Position numbers and translations under genes: made by a program. A stretch of DNA of 64,000 bases, taken from Ferruginibacter sp. (GTDB lineage Bacteria > Bacteroidota > Bacteroidia > Chitinophagales > Chitinophagaceae). The notes under the pieces are model-generated. The model saw only the letters and a program-made list of their open reading frames with translations. It did no database searches and was not told where the DNA came from. The DNA lies in contig JBDUEK010000004.1 in NCBI GenBank assembly GCA_040002495.1, positions 29,342 to 93,341 of the forward strand. Direction: 5' to 3'. Positions 9,728-18,081 of this stretch are shown here, piece by piece. Numbering within the stretch: the first letter of the stretch is position 1; each line of letters starts with the position of its first letter.

Positions 9728-10921
9728 CTAAATAAAATTCAGGTAATTGGATGTTTTTCCCAAAATCATTTTATCATCTGCACCTAACCATTTGTTTAAA
9801 ACCGTTGCATACACTTCTTTAAAATCCACACTATGTTTCAGATCGCCATCATTCAGATTTTGTAAATCAGGCATAGCGTTTAATACACCTTTTTCTTTTA
9901 ATCCACCTCCAATAAAAAACATATTGTTGGCTGTGCCATGATCGGTACCGCCGCTGGCATTTTGTGTTACCCTTCTGCCAAATTCACTAAAGGTCATCAT
10001 TAATACATCTTCAAAACGATTGTTCTTTTTAAGGTCGGTAGTGAATGCTTTTACCGCATCACTCAATTCTGTAAACAAGCGTTTCTGTTGATTTTCCTGG
10101 TTTACGTGGGTATCAAAACTTCCCAACGAAACATAGTAAACACGGGTATTGATGTCGGATAAAATCAATGAGGCGACTGTTTTTAAATCTTTGCCAAGGT
10201 TTGTGGCTGGATAAATTTCTGAGGTTGGATGCAACTTACTCTTTTGAAAAATATAATCGGCACTACTCAAGGTTCCGCTCATTGTTTTGTAGAGATAGTC
10301 GGCCGTTTCTTCTCCCGGCTCATGCGCCTTTTGAAGGTCGCGGAAATACTGTTCGTTGCTGGTTCGGTATAATTTTGCTGCATCCTTAAAAGCAAGGCCA
10401 TTATTATTTTCACCCTTTAGGGCAAGACTTAAAATATCATCAATTTCCAATGCCTGTGTAGGTTTATCACATCCTGAACATTGAGCATCCAGGTATCTCC
10501 CAATCCATCCTGAATTTACATATTCATTACTATTACTGGCCGTTTGCCAAATGTCCATACTTCTAAAATGAGAGCGATCAGGATTAGGATATCCCACCCC
10601 ATTTAGTATGGCTAAATTTCCATCATCAAACAATTCACGAAACGAAGTAAGTGCCGGGTTTAAACCGACATCCCCGGTAATTGCCAACGCTTTTTCTTTT
10701 GTAATTGCCAACCTTGGCCTCGATTTATAGTAGATATCATTGGTAACCGGAATTACCGTATTAAGCCCATCATTGCCGCCGCTAAATTGTATTACCACCA
10801 CTACTTTATTACCTGGTGGTACCATGGCCGGTTTTTCAAATGCCTTTAAAAATTTTGGCAAAAAAACTGAAGCCGTTGCCAGCGAACCTATTTGTAGAAA
10901 TTCTTTTCTTTTTATCAGCAT
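9728..10921 (-). CDS. DUF1501-family protein with Tat-like signal
   Basis: GGNDGLN, PDRSHF, FDTH, SEFGR and GTDHG motifs; adjacent to a DUF1800 gene. Confidence 0.85.
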   Translation of the reverse strand: MLIKRKEFLQIGSLATASVFLPKFLKAFEKPAMVPPGNKVVVVIQFSGGNDGLNTVIPVTNDIYYKSRPRLAITKEKALAITGDVGLNPALTSFRELFDDGNLAILNGVGYPNPDRSHFRSMDIWQTASNSNEYVNSGWIGRYLDAQCSGCDKPTQALEIDDILSLALKGENNNGLAFKDAAKLYRTSNEQYFRDLQKAHEPGEETADYLYKTMSGTLSSADYIFQKSKLHPTSEIYPATNLGKDLKTVASLILSDINTRVYYVSLGSFDTHVNQENQQKRLFTELSDAVKAFTTDLKKNNRFEDVLMMTFSEFGRRVTQNASGGTDHGTANNMFFIGGGLKEKGVLNAMPDLQNLNDGDLKHSVDFKEVYATVLNKWLGADDKMILGKTSNYLNFI

Positions 10922-10971
10922 CTTGAAAAATTTAAACTTATTTCCTTACCTATGATAACTTATAAAATACA

Positions 10972-12426
10972 TTAACACAATTGATATTCAGGTGTGCTCA
11001 TCAAATGAACGATGGCACTTTTTATATAGTTTTCCCTGGAATCGTTGTTGAGATATTTATCAAGCATAGCATTATTTGACCTACTGCTTGCCTGCAAAAC
11101 AGTTTCGGATATTAACGGCAATAATTTTTCCCGGGGCTGTTTGGCGAACACTTTTGAAACTGCATCCCAATCCACACTGGCACCCGTCATCTTGCCAAAA
11201 CCCTTTTTAAGTTGTGCAGCTTTTTTCTCTTCGGTCATTTGGCCCATCATCACATCATCATCGCTTTTAGGATTAATATTTATTGCTTCGTTTGCTGTTA
11301 ATATCTGGGGAATGCGTAACCGCAACATCAGTGTACTACTATCTATCCAGGATTTTCCACCGGGCCAGCCAGCCACATTGGGTGGGTAAAAAAGTATTTG
11401 CCCCAATGCCCGCTGAAACAATAATTGCATGTTATCATCTTCCAGTTCCATTGGCAACAGCCTCCTGATTCCAGCCAACAAATCAATCGGGGATTTTATT
11501 TTGGTACCGATATTTTTGTCATCATAAAACCAATCGCTGATGAAAATATCTTCCATCAAAGTGGCTAAGTTGTAATCACTTTTAAAAAACCGGTCGGCAA
11601 GCAAGGCTACTTTTTCTTCGTTGGGATTATCATTTACAAAATACCGGTACATCTTTTTGGTAATAAATACGGCGGTGTTTTTTTGTTTCAAGATGATATC
11701 AATAATATCATCTCCTTCAAAATTGCCGGTTTCGCCCAGGAATGTTTTGCTGCCATCATCATGTTGATTTTTACGGAAAACAAATTCGCCCTGTAAATTA
11801 AAGCCCCAACCGGTAAAAGCCCTGGCGGCTTCTTTTACATCTTTTTCAGAATAATTTCCACGGCCCATTGTAAACAGTTCCATCACTTCACGGGCAAAAT
11901 TTTCATTGGGCTTTTGCTTGCGGTTTTGCTGATTGTTTAAAAACTGCAACATGGCCGAACTCTTGCTTACGGCCCGTAGTAATTCGCCAAAATTTCCTGT
12001 GGCATTGTTACGAATGATGTCCAGCAATTCCTGCTGAAAATAAATATTGATAACCCGGCAGGCAAAATGCCCATGCCAGAACAAACTCATCCTTTCCCTT
12101 AACTGGGCTTCACTATTGATCATTTCCTGCAACCAACGCTGGTTAAGGCTTTTAAGCCCATCTCTTGATTGTTGGCGGATGGCTTTTTTTTGTTCTGCAG
12201 TTAATTTTTGGAGTTGTACAACATCCTGTACACCTTTCATCATACCGTCAAACAGTCCACTGGCAATAACCATTTTCTCAGGCTTTTTCGATGAAGTTTT
12301 AATCAACAATTTCCAAAGCTGTTTTTGAGAAATGTTTTCAAGGTCCGCAGCATTTTCTGCCATGGGTCCAAATGCAGCTCTCCATAAAAGGTGCTGATTT
12401 TTTATACGGTTAGAAACGGGCATCAA
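10972..12426 (-). CDS. DUF1800-family protein
   Basis: HLLWRAAFG, RERMSLFWHGHF, NENFAREVMELFTMG, PPNVAGW, STPEYQLC motifs. Confidence 0.88.
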   Translation of the reverse strand: MMPVSNRIKNQHLLWRAAFGPMAENAADLENISQKQLWKLLIKTSSKKPEKMVIASGLFDGMMKGVQDVVQLQKLTAEQKKAIRQQSRDGLKSLNQRWLQEMINSEAQLRERMSLFWHGHFACRVINIYFQQELLDIIRNNATGNFGELLRAVSKSSAMLQFLNNQQNRKQKPNENFAREVMELFTMGRGNYSEKDVKEAARAFTGWGFNLQGEFVFRKNQHDDGSKTFLGETGNFEGDDIIDIILKQKNTAVFITKKMYRYFVNDNPNEEKVALLADRFFKSDYNLATLMEDIFISDWFYDDKNIGTKIKSPIDLLAGIRRLLPMELEDDNMQLLFQRALGQILFYPPNVAGWPGGKSWIDSSTLMLRLRIPQILTANEAININPKSDDDVMMGQMTEEKKAAQLKKGFGKMTGASVDWDAVSKVFAKQPREKLLPLISETVLQASSRSNNAMLDKYLNNDSRENYIKSAIVHLMSTPEYQLC

Positions 12427-12683
12427 TAGTTAAATTAAAATAGTTAACAGGTATAACAGTTCGTAAGACAAAACTTTTATGGATAGGTTTAAAGGTTCCC
12501 GTCTAAAGATTCAGTTTGAACAGTAAAATAAATCATTTAAGGAAATGAAAATATAAAAGGGTATGCTAAAGTTATATTACACACGAATTTAAAGTGACAA
12601 CAAATCTACCCGGGAATGTTGCCAATAGAATTACTAATAATGAAGTCAACAGTAAAAGGCAAATAGAAAAGGTCAAGTTCGAA

Positions 12684-13145
12684 TTACTTAACGAACAAAA
12701 AGATAGCAATAAACAAAATAATAAAAAGTAAGAGTATTCTCGTCCTACGTGTCCTAATTTGATAAGCTACAAAGAATGATAAAATTGCGCCAAAGAATGT
12801 TATACTGATTACTCCAGCGCCAGATTCAATAACCCGGTCCTTTAATGCGTCATAATTATTTGTCGCAAGTTTAATAAGCTGAAAAATAAATTCGGCAATT
12901 AAGCAAACAATACTCCCTAAAAGTGTCATTCGAAAAACTGATAAAGAACTATTTTGTCTATGCAATTTTTTAATGAAAATTATAAGAGTTGTCAACATTG
13001 ATATAAGAATCAAAAGCCCACCGATATTGATAGGTGTGTATGGAATATGTTCAGGAATAATAAGTCCAGAGAAATAAAGTAACCAATATTCAAATACAAA
13101 TCCAATTAATAGAATTCCGCTAAAAATTATTGTCAGTCTTTTCAA
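12684..13145 (-). CDS. Hypothetical multi-pass membrane protein
   Basis: 153-aa TTG-start ORF with about 4-5 hydrophobic segments; AT-rich; co-oriented just downstream of serS. Confidence 0.65.
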   Translation of the reverse strand: MKRLTIIFSGILLIGFVFEYWLLYFSGLIIPEHIPYTPINIGGLLILISMLTTLIIFIKKLHRQNSSLSVFRMTLLGSIVCLIAEFIFQLIKLATNNYDALKDRVIESGAGVISITFFGAILSFFVAYQIRTRRTRILLLFIILFIAIFLFVK

Positions 13146-13199
13146 AGTTGCTGGAAGTTTTTTCTAATAGTGCACAATATAACCGTAGAAGTATAATGA

Positions 13200-14468
13200 T
13201 TAAATAGATTCAGCTCCGAAAAAACTATGCAATACCTCCGGCAAATTGATGCCTTCCGCTGTTTGATTATTTTCCAGCAGTGAAGCCATAATTCTTGGTA
13301 AAGCCAATGATGAACCATTTAAAGAATGTAATAACTGGGTTTTGCCACCAGCATCTTTGTAGCGGATTTTCATGCGGTTGGTTTGAAAAGTTTCGAAGTT
13401 TGAAACTGAACTTACTTCCAGCCATTTTTCCTGTGCTGCACTATACACTTCAAAGTCGTAAGTGAGGGCGCTTGTAAAACCCATATCACCGCCACATAAG
13501 CGTAAGATACGGTAAGGCAGTTCGAGGGATTGCAATAATTTTTCAATATGTGCCACCATTTCTTCCAGCACTTCATAACTTTTTTCCGGATGCACCAATT
13601 GAATAATTTCTACCTTATCAAACTGGTGTACGCGGTTTAGGCCACGTACATCACTTCCAAAACTTCCCGCTTCTCTTCTGAAACAAGGTGTGTATGCAGT
13701 CATTTTTACAGGCAGTTCAGTATCCTTTACAATTTCATCCCTGTAAATATTTGTAACCGGCACTTCTGCAGTCGGTATCATATAAAATCCATCTTCTTTA
13801 ATATGATACATCTGGCCTTCTTTATCCGGCAACTGGCCGGTACCGCGAGCAGACTTTTCATTTACCATCAGGGGGGGCATATATTCCGTGTAACCTGCAG
13901 CAATATTATATTCCAAAAAATATTGAACCAATGCCCTTTGTAATTTGGCACCTTTACCTTTAAATAGGGGAAAACCACTTCCGGTTATTTTAGCCCCTGT
14001 TTCAAAGTTAATCAGGTCATATTTTTTTATAAGATCCCAATGAGGAACCGCACCAACATACAATGTCGGCTTTACCCCAACTTCCTTTATGTTCAAATTT
14101 TCTTCGGGTGTGTTGCCTGGCGGTACGGAACTATGAGGAAGGTTTGGCAACTGAATCAATTCGTTTTGCAATGTATTTTCTAAAGTAGCCAATTGCTTTT
14201 TCAACTGTTCAATTCCCACTTTACCCTGGGATACTTCATACCGTTTTTGCTCCGCCAATTCCTTTTCGCCTTTGCCCACGAGCATACCAATTTCGTTACT
14301 GGTTGCATTCAATTTTGCCCGCAAAGTTTCTGATTCAACTTTTAATTTACGCACCTGGTCATCTAAGTCCACAATTGTATCTACCAACGAAATATTAGCA
14401 AAATGCCTGTGGGCCAATCTTTCTTTTACTAAATCAATGTGCTGGCGGATATAATTTATCTGTAACAT
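13200..14468 (-). CDS. serS: Serine--tRNA ligase
   Basis: N-terminal coiled-coil arm, PTAEVP, FRREAGS, RVHQFDKVE, EVSSVSN, LNGSSLALPR. Confidence 0.98.
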   Translation of the reverse strand: MLQINYIRQHIDLVKERLAHRHFANISLVDTIVDLDDQVRKLKVESETLRAKLNATSNEIGMLVGKGEKELAEQKRYEVSQGKVGIEQLKKQLATLENTLQNELIQLPNLPHSSVPPGNTPEENLNIKEVGVKPTLYVGAVPHWDLIKKYDLINFETGAKITGSGFPLFKGKGAKLQRALVQYFLEYNIAAGYTEYMPPLMVNEKSARGTGQLPDKEGQMYHIKEDGFYMIPTAEVPVTNIYRDEIVKDTELPVKMTAYTPCFRREAGSFGSDVRGLNRVHQFDKVEIIQLVHPEKSYEVLEEMVAHIEKLLQSLELPYRILRLCGGDMGFTSALTYDFEVYSAAQEKWLEVSSVSNFETFQTNRMKIRYKDAGGKTQLLHSLNGSSLALPRIMASLLENNQTAEGINLPEVLHSFFGAESI

Positions 14469-14488
14469 TTGTGTTTATAAAATTTTTG

Positions 14489-14496
14489 CAAAGGTA
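14489..14496 (-). promoter_or_regulatory. Bacteroidota sigma-A -7 element (TACCTTTG) for serS
   Basis: Exact TAnnTTTG match 20 nt upstream of the serS start. Confidence 0.7.
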
Positions 14497-14592
14497 ATGG
14501 TTTGGCTTCTTCAGAAAAAGGGATCACACTACCTCAAACCCGGGGAATGATATATTATACTTTATACTGTATAGGATTGTGTAATAGGCAAA

Positions 14593-14891
14593 AATATTCA
14601 TACCACATTTTGATACAGCGGGAAATATAATATATCTGCCCATTAGTTTTGAAGAACTCTTAATTGCATTGCCCTTTGAATTGCACTGCCCTTCAGGGCG
14701 GTGATCAATGAAACCATCCTTCATGGCTTTAGCCAAAGTAGATTTGGCTAAAGCCATAAATAAAATTAGAATTTACCCCCCGACCTAAAGGACGGGGCAA
14801 TGCAAAAAGATGAACCATTAGATTGAATGCTGCATTAATCAACAATATTCATAACACATTTTGATACAACGGAGAGTATAACGTGCCCATT
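14593..14891. repeat. Degenerate ~50-bp direct repeat pair (14593-14644 and 14844-14891)
   Basis: AATATTCATA[C/A]CACATTTTGATACA[G/A]CGG...TATAA...TGCCCATT occurs twice, 251 bp apart. Confidence 0.8.
14664..14805. repeat. REP-doublet (REPIN/BIME-like) cassette
   Basis: Inverted pair of TTG + 9-bp-stem hairpins (14681-14703 and 14778-14800), a central perfect 15-bp-stem hairpin (14723-14757) and an outer 11-bp inverted repeat (14664-14674 / 14795-14805). Confidence 0.75.
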
Positions 14892-14966
14892 GATATATGC
14901 TAAAATTCCGTTCTCATTAGATTTATTGAGAAACTGTATTGAAGGTTTTCAGATTATATTTGCACG

Positions 14967-15320
14967 ATGCAGCATGCAAAAGATGATTTACAGGTAAGGT
15001 GGCTGAAGCTCCGGATAAAACTGAAAGAAAAATATGGCATTAAGCCAGATATGGACGGCGTTTTGTTCCTGATTGGTGTACAGGAACTAGGTACTGCAAA
15101 GCAGGTTTATACAAAGGAACAAAAACAAGACCTGATGCATATTGCCATTTGCACCATATTATCTCAAAGCGGATACTATGCACTGGCTGGCCACGATGAA
15201 GAAGGTTGGCCCCATTTTAACCAGCTAAAAGCATTACCGGAATTTGAACTCTTTCAACAGGAAAATTTTTTAAAAGATCATGTTTTGCTTTACTTTGAAC
15301 AGTTTTTTAAAAACGACTAA
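14967..15320 (+). CDS. Conserved hypothetical protein (Bacteroidota-type)
   Basis: 117-aa ORF; TATATTTG promoter element at 14955-14962; globular composition. Confidence 0.8.
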   Translation: MQHAKDDLQVRWLKLRIKLKEKYGIKPDMDGVLFLIGVQELGTAKQVYTKEQKQDLMHIAICTILSQSGYYALAGHDEEGWPHFNQLKALPEFELFQQENFLKDHVLLYFEQFFKND

Positions 15321-15329
15321 CCTCCTACT

Positions 15330-16115
15330 ATGAAATTTTCAGGAAAAATTATCCTTTCACTTATTATTGCCTTAAGTGTGCTTTCAACACAAGCACAGGT
15401 AACAAAGAAAACACCCGTCAAACCAAAAAGCAGTTCAACTGTAAAAAAAACAAAATCTGCAACTACAGTTAAAGCAACAAAAAAAGTTGATGTTCCAATG
15501 CCGGATTCAACCAGGCCGGAAACAAGGGTTAAGATTACAACTGATATGGGTGAAATTATTGTAAAGCTTTATAATAAAACCCCATTACACCGCGATAATT
15601 TTATAAAACTGGTTGAAGCACATTTTTATGATAGCTTGCTTTTTCACCGGATAATCAATGGCTTTATGATTCAGGGTGGTGATCCCGAAAGTAAAAATGC
15701 AAAACCTGGTATTCAATTAGGAAAAGGAGATGTTGGATATAAAATACCAGCCGAGTTTGATTCTACCCTTTATCACAAAAAAGGAGCTTTGGCAGCAGCA
15801 CGTAACAATAATCCCGAAAAGGCAAGCAGCGGGTGCCAGTTTTATATCGTTCAGGGGAAAAAATATTCTGATGAAGAATTGGATATGATTTCAATAAACA
15901 ACGGCCTTCAGTTTTCTTCAGCCAGGCGAATGACATATAAAATGCTCGGCGGCACGCCAAAATTGGATATGGAATATACCGTTTTTGGCGAAGTGGAAAG
16001 CGGCCTTGAAGTAGTTGATATGATTGCCATGGCACCCAAGGGAAATTACGACAGACCCACTACAGATATCCATATGCGAATGGAAGTATTACCAGAAATA
16101 AAAAATGTGAAATGA
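15330..16115 (+). CDS. Cyclophilin-type peptidyl-prolyl cis-trans isomerase, exported
   Basis: Signal peptide, Lys/Thr-rich linker, FHRIINGFMIQGGD, QFYIV, YTVFGEV. Confidence 0.95.
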   Translation: MKFSGKIILSLIIALSVLSTQAQVTKKTPVKPKSSSTVKKTKSATTVKATKKVDVPMPDSTRPETRVKITTDMGEIIVKLYNKTPLHRDNFIKLVEAHFYDSLLFHRIINGFMIQGGDPESKNAKPGIQLGKGDVGYKIPAEFDSTLYHKKGALAAARNNNPEKASSGCQFYIVQGKKYSDEELDMISINNGLQFSSARRMTYKMLGGTPKLDMEYTVFGEVESGLEVVDMIAMAPKGNYDRPTTDIHMRMEVLPEIKNVK

Positions 16116-16218
16116 GGAAGATTAAAATGATTTATTTTGCAGCCTGATAAAATTTCGAAATCGTAGACGATCCCTGCTATAAAACAATATTCAAAAATCA
16201 AACCATCAACTTACAATT

Positions 16219-16599
16219 ATGAATGTTCCCGCAAATCTTCGTTATACAAAAGATCATGAATGGGTTTCTTTAGAAGGCAATATCGCAACGATTGGCATTA
16301 CTGATTTTGCCCAGGGAGAATTGGGTGATATTGTGTATATAGATATTCCTGCAAAAGGCAAACCGATGACCGCAGAAGAAGTATTTGGTACAGTTGAAGC
16401 TGTAAAAACTGTAAGTGATCTTTTTTTACCGGTGGCCGGAACCATCAATGAAGTAAATCCCGGGTTAGAAGCACAACCAGAATTAGTTAACAGCGATCCT
16501 TATGGCGAAGGCTGGATGATAAAAATGACGGTAGATAATGTTGAAGATGTGGCTGCTTTAATGAGTTCAGAAGCATACGGGTCATTGGTAGGATACTAA
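16219..16599 (+). CDS. gcvH: Glycine cleavage system H protein
   Basis: YTKDHEW, GITDFAQ, lipoyl-Lys motif VEAVKTVSD, DPYGEGW. Confidence 0.97.
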   Translation: MNVPANLRYTKDHEWVSLEGNIATIGITDFAQGELGDIVYIDIPAKGKPMTAEEVFGTVEAVKTVSDLFLPVAGTINEVNPGLEAQPELVNSDPYGEGWMIKMTVDNVEDVAALMSSEAYGSLVGY

Positions 16600-16662
16600 A
16601 TTTTGATATGCTCGTTGGTTAAAAGTAAGCCAGCCTTAAAAGTAATTTAAAAAATAAAATAG

Positions 16663-17043
16663 ATGAAGTCTATTGGAATTATAAGATTTATACCAGGCAT
16701 TGCCTGGTTTTTTGTTGTATTGGTATTGTTATGTTTACCGGGCAATGATATTCCTTCCGCTAACTGGCTCGACAAAATTTACTTTGACAAATGGGTACAT
16801 ACGGGTATTTTCTGCCTGTTGGCGTTTCTATTTATGTTGCCCTTTGCTTTATCATCGATGGATAAAAAGGAGAAGTTTCAATATTTTATCCGCATTGCAA
16901 TTGCTGTTTCAGTTTGGGGGCTTACAACTGAGTTTATGCAAAAATACCTGGTTACCAGCCGTAGCTTTGATTTGCTGGACTGGGCGGCAGACAGCATTGG
17001 TGCCCTGGTTGCCTTCATATTTTGTCGCAAGAAATACATTTAA
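16663..17043 (+). CDS. VanZ-family membrane protein
   Basis: DKWVH, TEFMQ...R.FDLLDWAAD motifs. Confidence 0.85.
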   Translation: MKSIGIIRFIPGIAWFFVVLVLLCLPGNDIPSANWLDKIYFDKWVHTGIFCLLAFLFMLPFALSSMDKKEKFQYFIRIAIAVSVWGLTTEFMQKYLVTSRSFDLLDWAADSIGALVAFIFCRKKYI

Positions 17044-17167
17044 CAGTTTTTGCAGTTTCGCCATCAATAATAATTCACAGAATATCACTCGTAACAACCC
17101 AGATTAAACTCTACAGAAAATTTTCCAAAATTGCTGTGGTGTAAAGCTTTTTAGTACATTTGCCTAT

Positions 17168-17953
17168 ATGATGAACGTAGAGAATATGGAGTACAATACA
17201 ACAAGAAATCATTTAACTATGAGAGAATATGGCAGACATATTCAAAAAATGGTTGAGTATTTACTTAGTATTGAAGACAAAGAAAAACGGCAGCGCAATG
17301 CTATGTCGCTAATTGAATTGATGGGCTTTTTAAATCCGCATTTAAAAAATGTGGAGGATTTCCGTCACAAGTTGTGGGATCATCTTTTTTTAATCAGCGA
17401 TTTTAAGCTGGATGTTGAAAGCCCTTACCCAATACCAACCAGGGAAACCTTAAAAGCAAAACCAGAAGTTTTGCCTTACCCTAAAAAGTATCCAAAATTC
17501 AACCACCTTGGTAAAAATATAGAAGTGGTTATTAACAAGGCATTAAAGGAAGAAAATCCGGAGAAACGCCAGGGATTTGCAAATGCAATTGCCTATTACA
17601 TGAAACTTACCTATAGCAACTGGCACAAAGAGTTGGTACATGATGATAATATTCAGACCGAATTGCAGACTATTACCGAAGGCCAGTTGGAATTTAATAA
17701 CAAACCTTTTGTAAAACACAGAACTGATAACCGTACAGACAGGGACGATTATCGCAGTGGTAACACAGGTGGCTATCGCAAAAATTTTGGAGGAAGGAGC
17801 AATACCGGCAGCGGTGGTGGAAGAGATAACAGAAGCAATAGTAGTGGTGGGCAAAGAGATAACCGTGGTAATAGCGGGGGCGGAAGAGATAACAGATCCG
17901 GAGGCAGTGACAACAGGAATAACAATAACCGCAATTTTAAAAAACGATATTAA
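17168..17953 (+). CDS. DUF4290-family protein with G/N/R-rich disordered tail
   Basis: MEYNT.R..L.MREYGR.IQKMV, KLWDHLF motifs; TACATTTG promoter element at 17155-17162. Confidence 0.85.
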   Translation: MMNVENMEYNTTRNHLTMREYGRHIQKMVEYLLSIEDKEKRQRNAMSLIELMGFLNPHLKNVEDFRHKLWDHLFLISDFKLDVESPYPIPTRETLKAKPEVLPYPKKYPKFNHLGKNIEVVINKALKEENPEKRQGFANAIAYYMKLTYSNWHKELVHDDNIQTELQTITEGQLEFNNKPFVKHRTDNRTDRDDYRSGNTGGYRKNFGGRSNTGSGGGRDNRSNSSGGQRDNRGNSGGGRDNRSGGSDNRNNNNRNFKKRY

Positions 17954-18014
17954 TCTGCCGGTTGATCAATCAATAGGTTTTAATTACCCGATGATTCATA
18001 ATTAAAAAGGCATT

Positions 18015-18047
18015 AGCCCTGACTGGTAGCACATGTTGGGGCTTTTT
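18015..18047 (+). terminator. Probable intrinsic terminator after the DUF4290 gene
   Basis: AGCCCTGAC...GTTGGGGCT stem followed by a T run. Confidence 0.5.
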
Positions 18048-18081
18048 AATTAATTACAATATATAAATTTTCTATACAACG

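Noticed and set aside
14524-14757. 77-aa minus-strand ORF upstream of serS
   Set aside because: Starts inside the REP palindrome and runs through the repeat region; likely spurious.
14593-14891. Direct repeats as a mini-CRISPR
   Set aside because: Only two degenerate copies with a 200-bp interval; wrong geometry and no cas genes.
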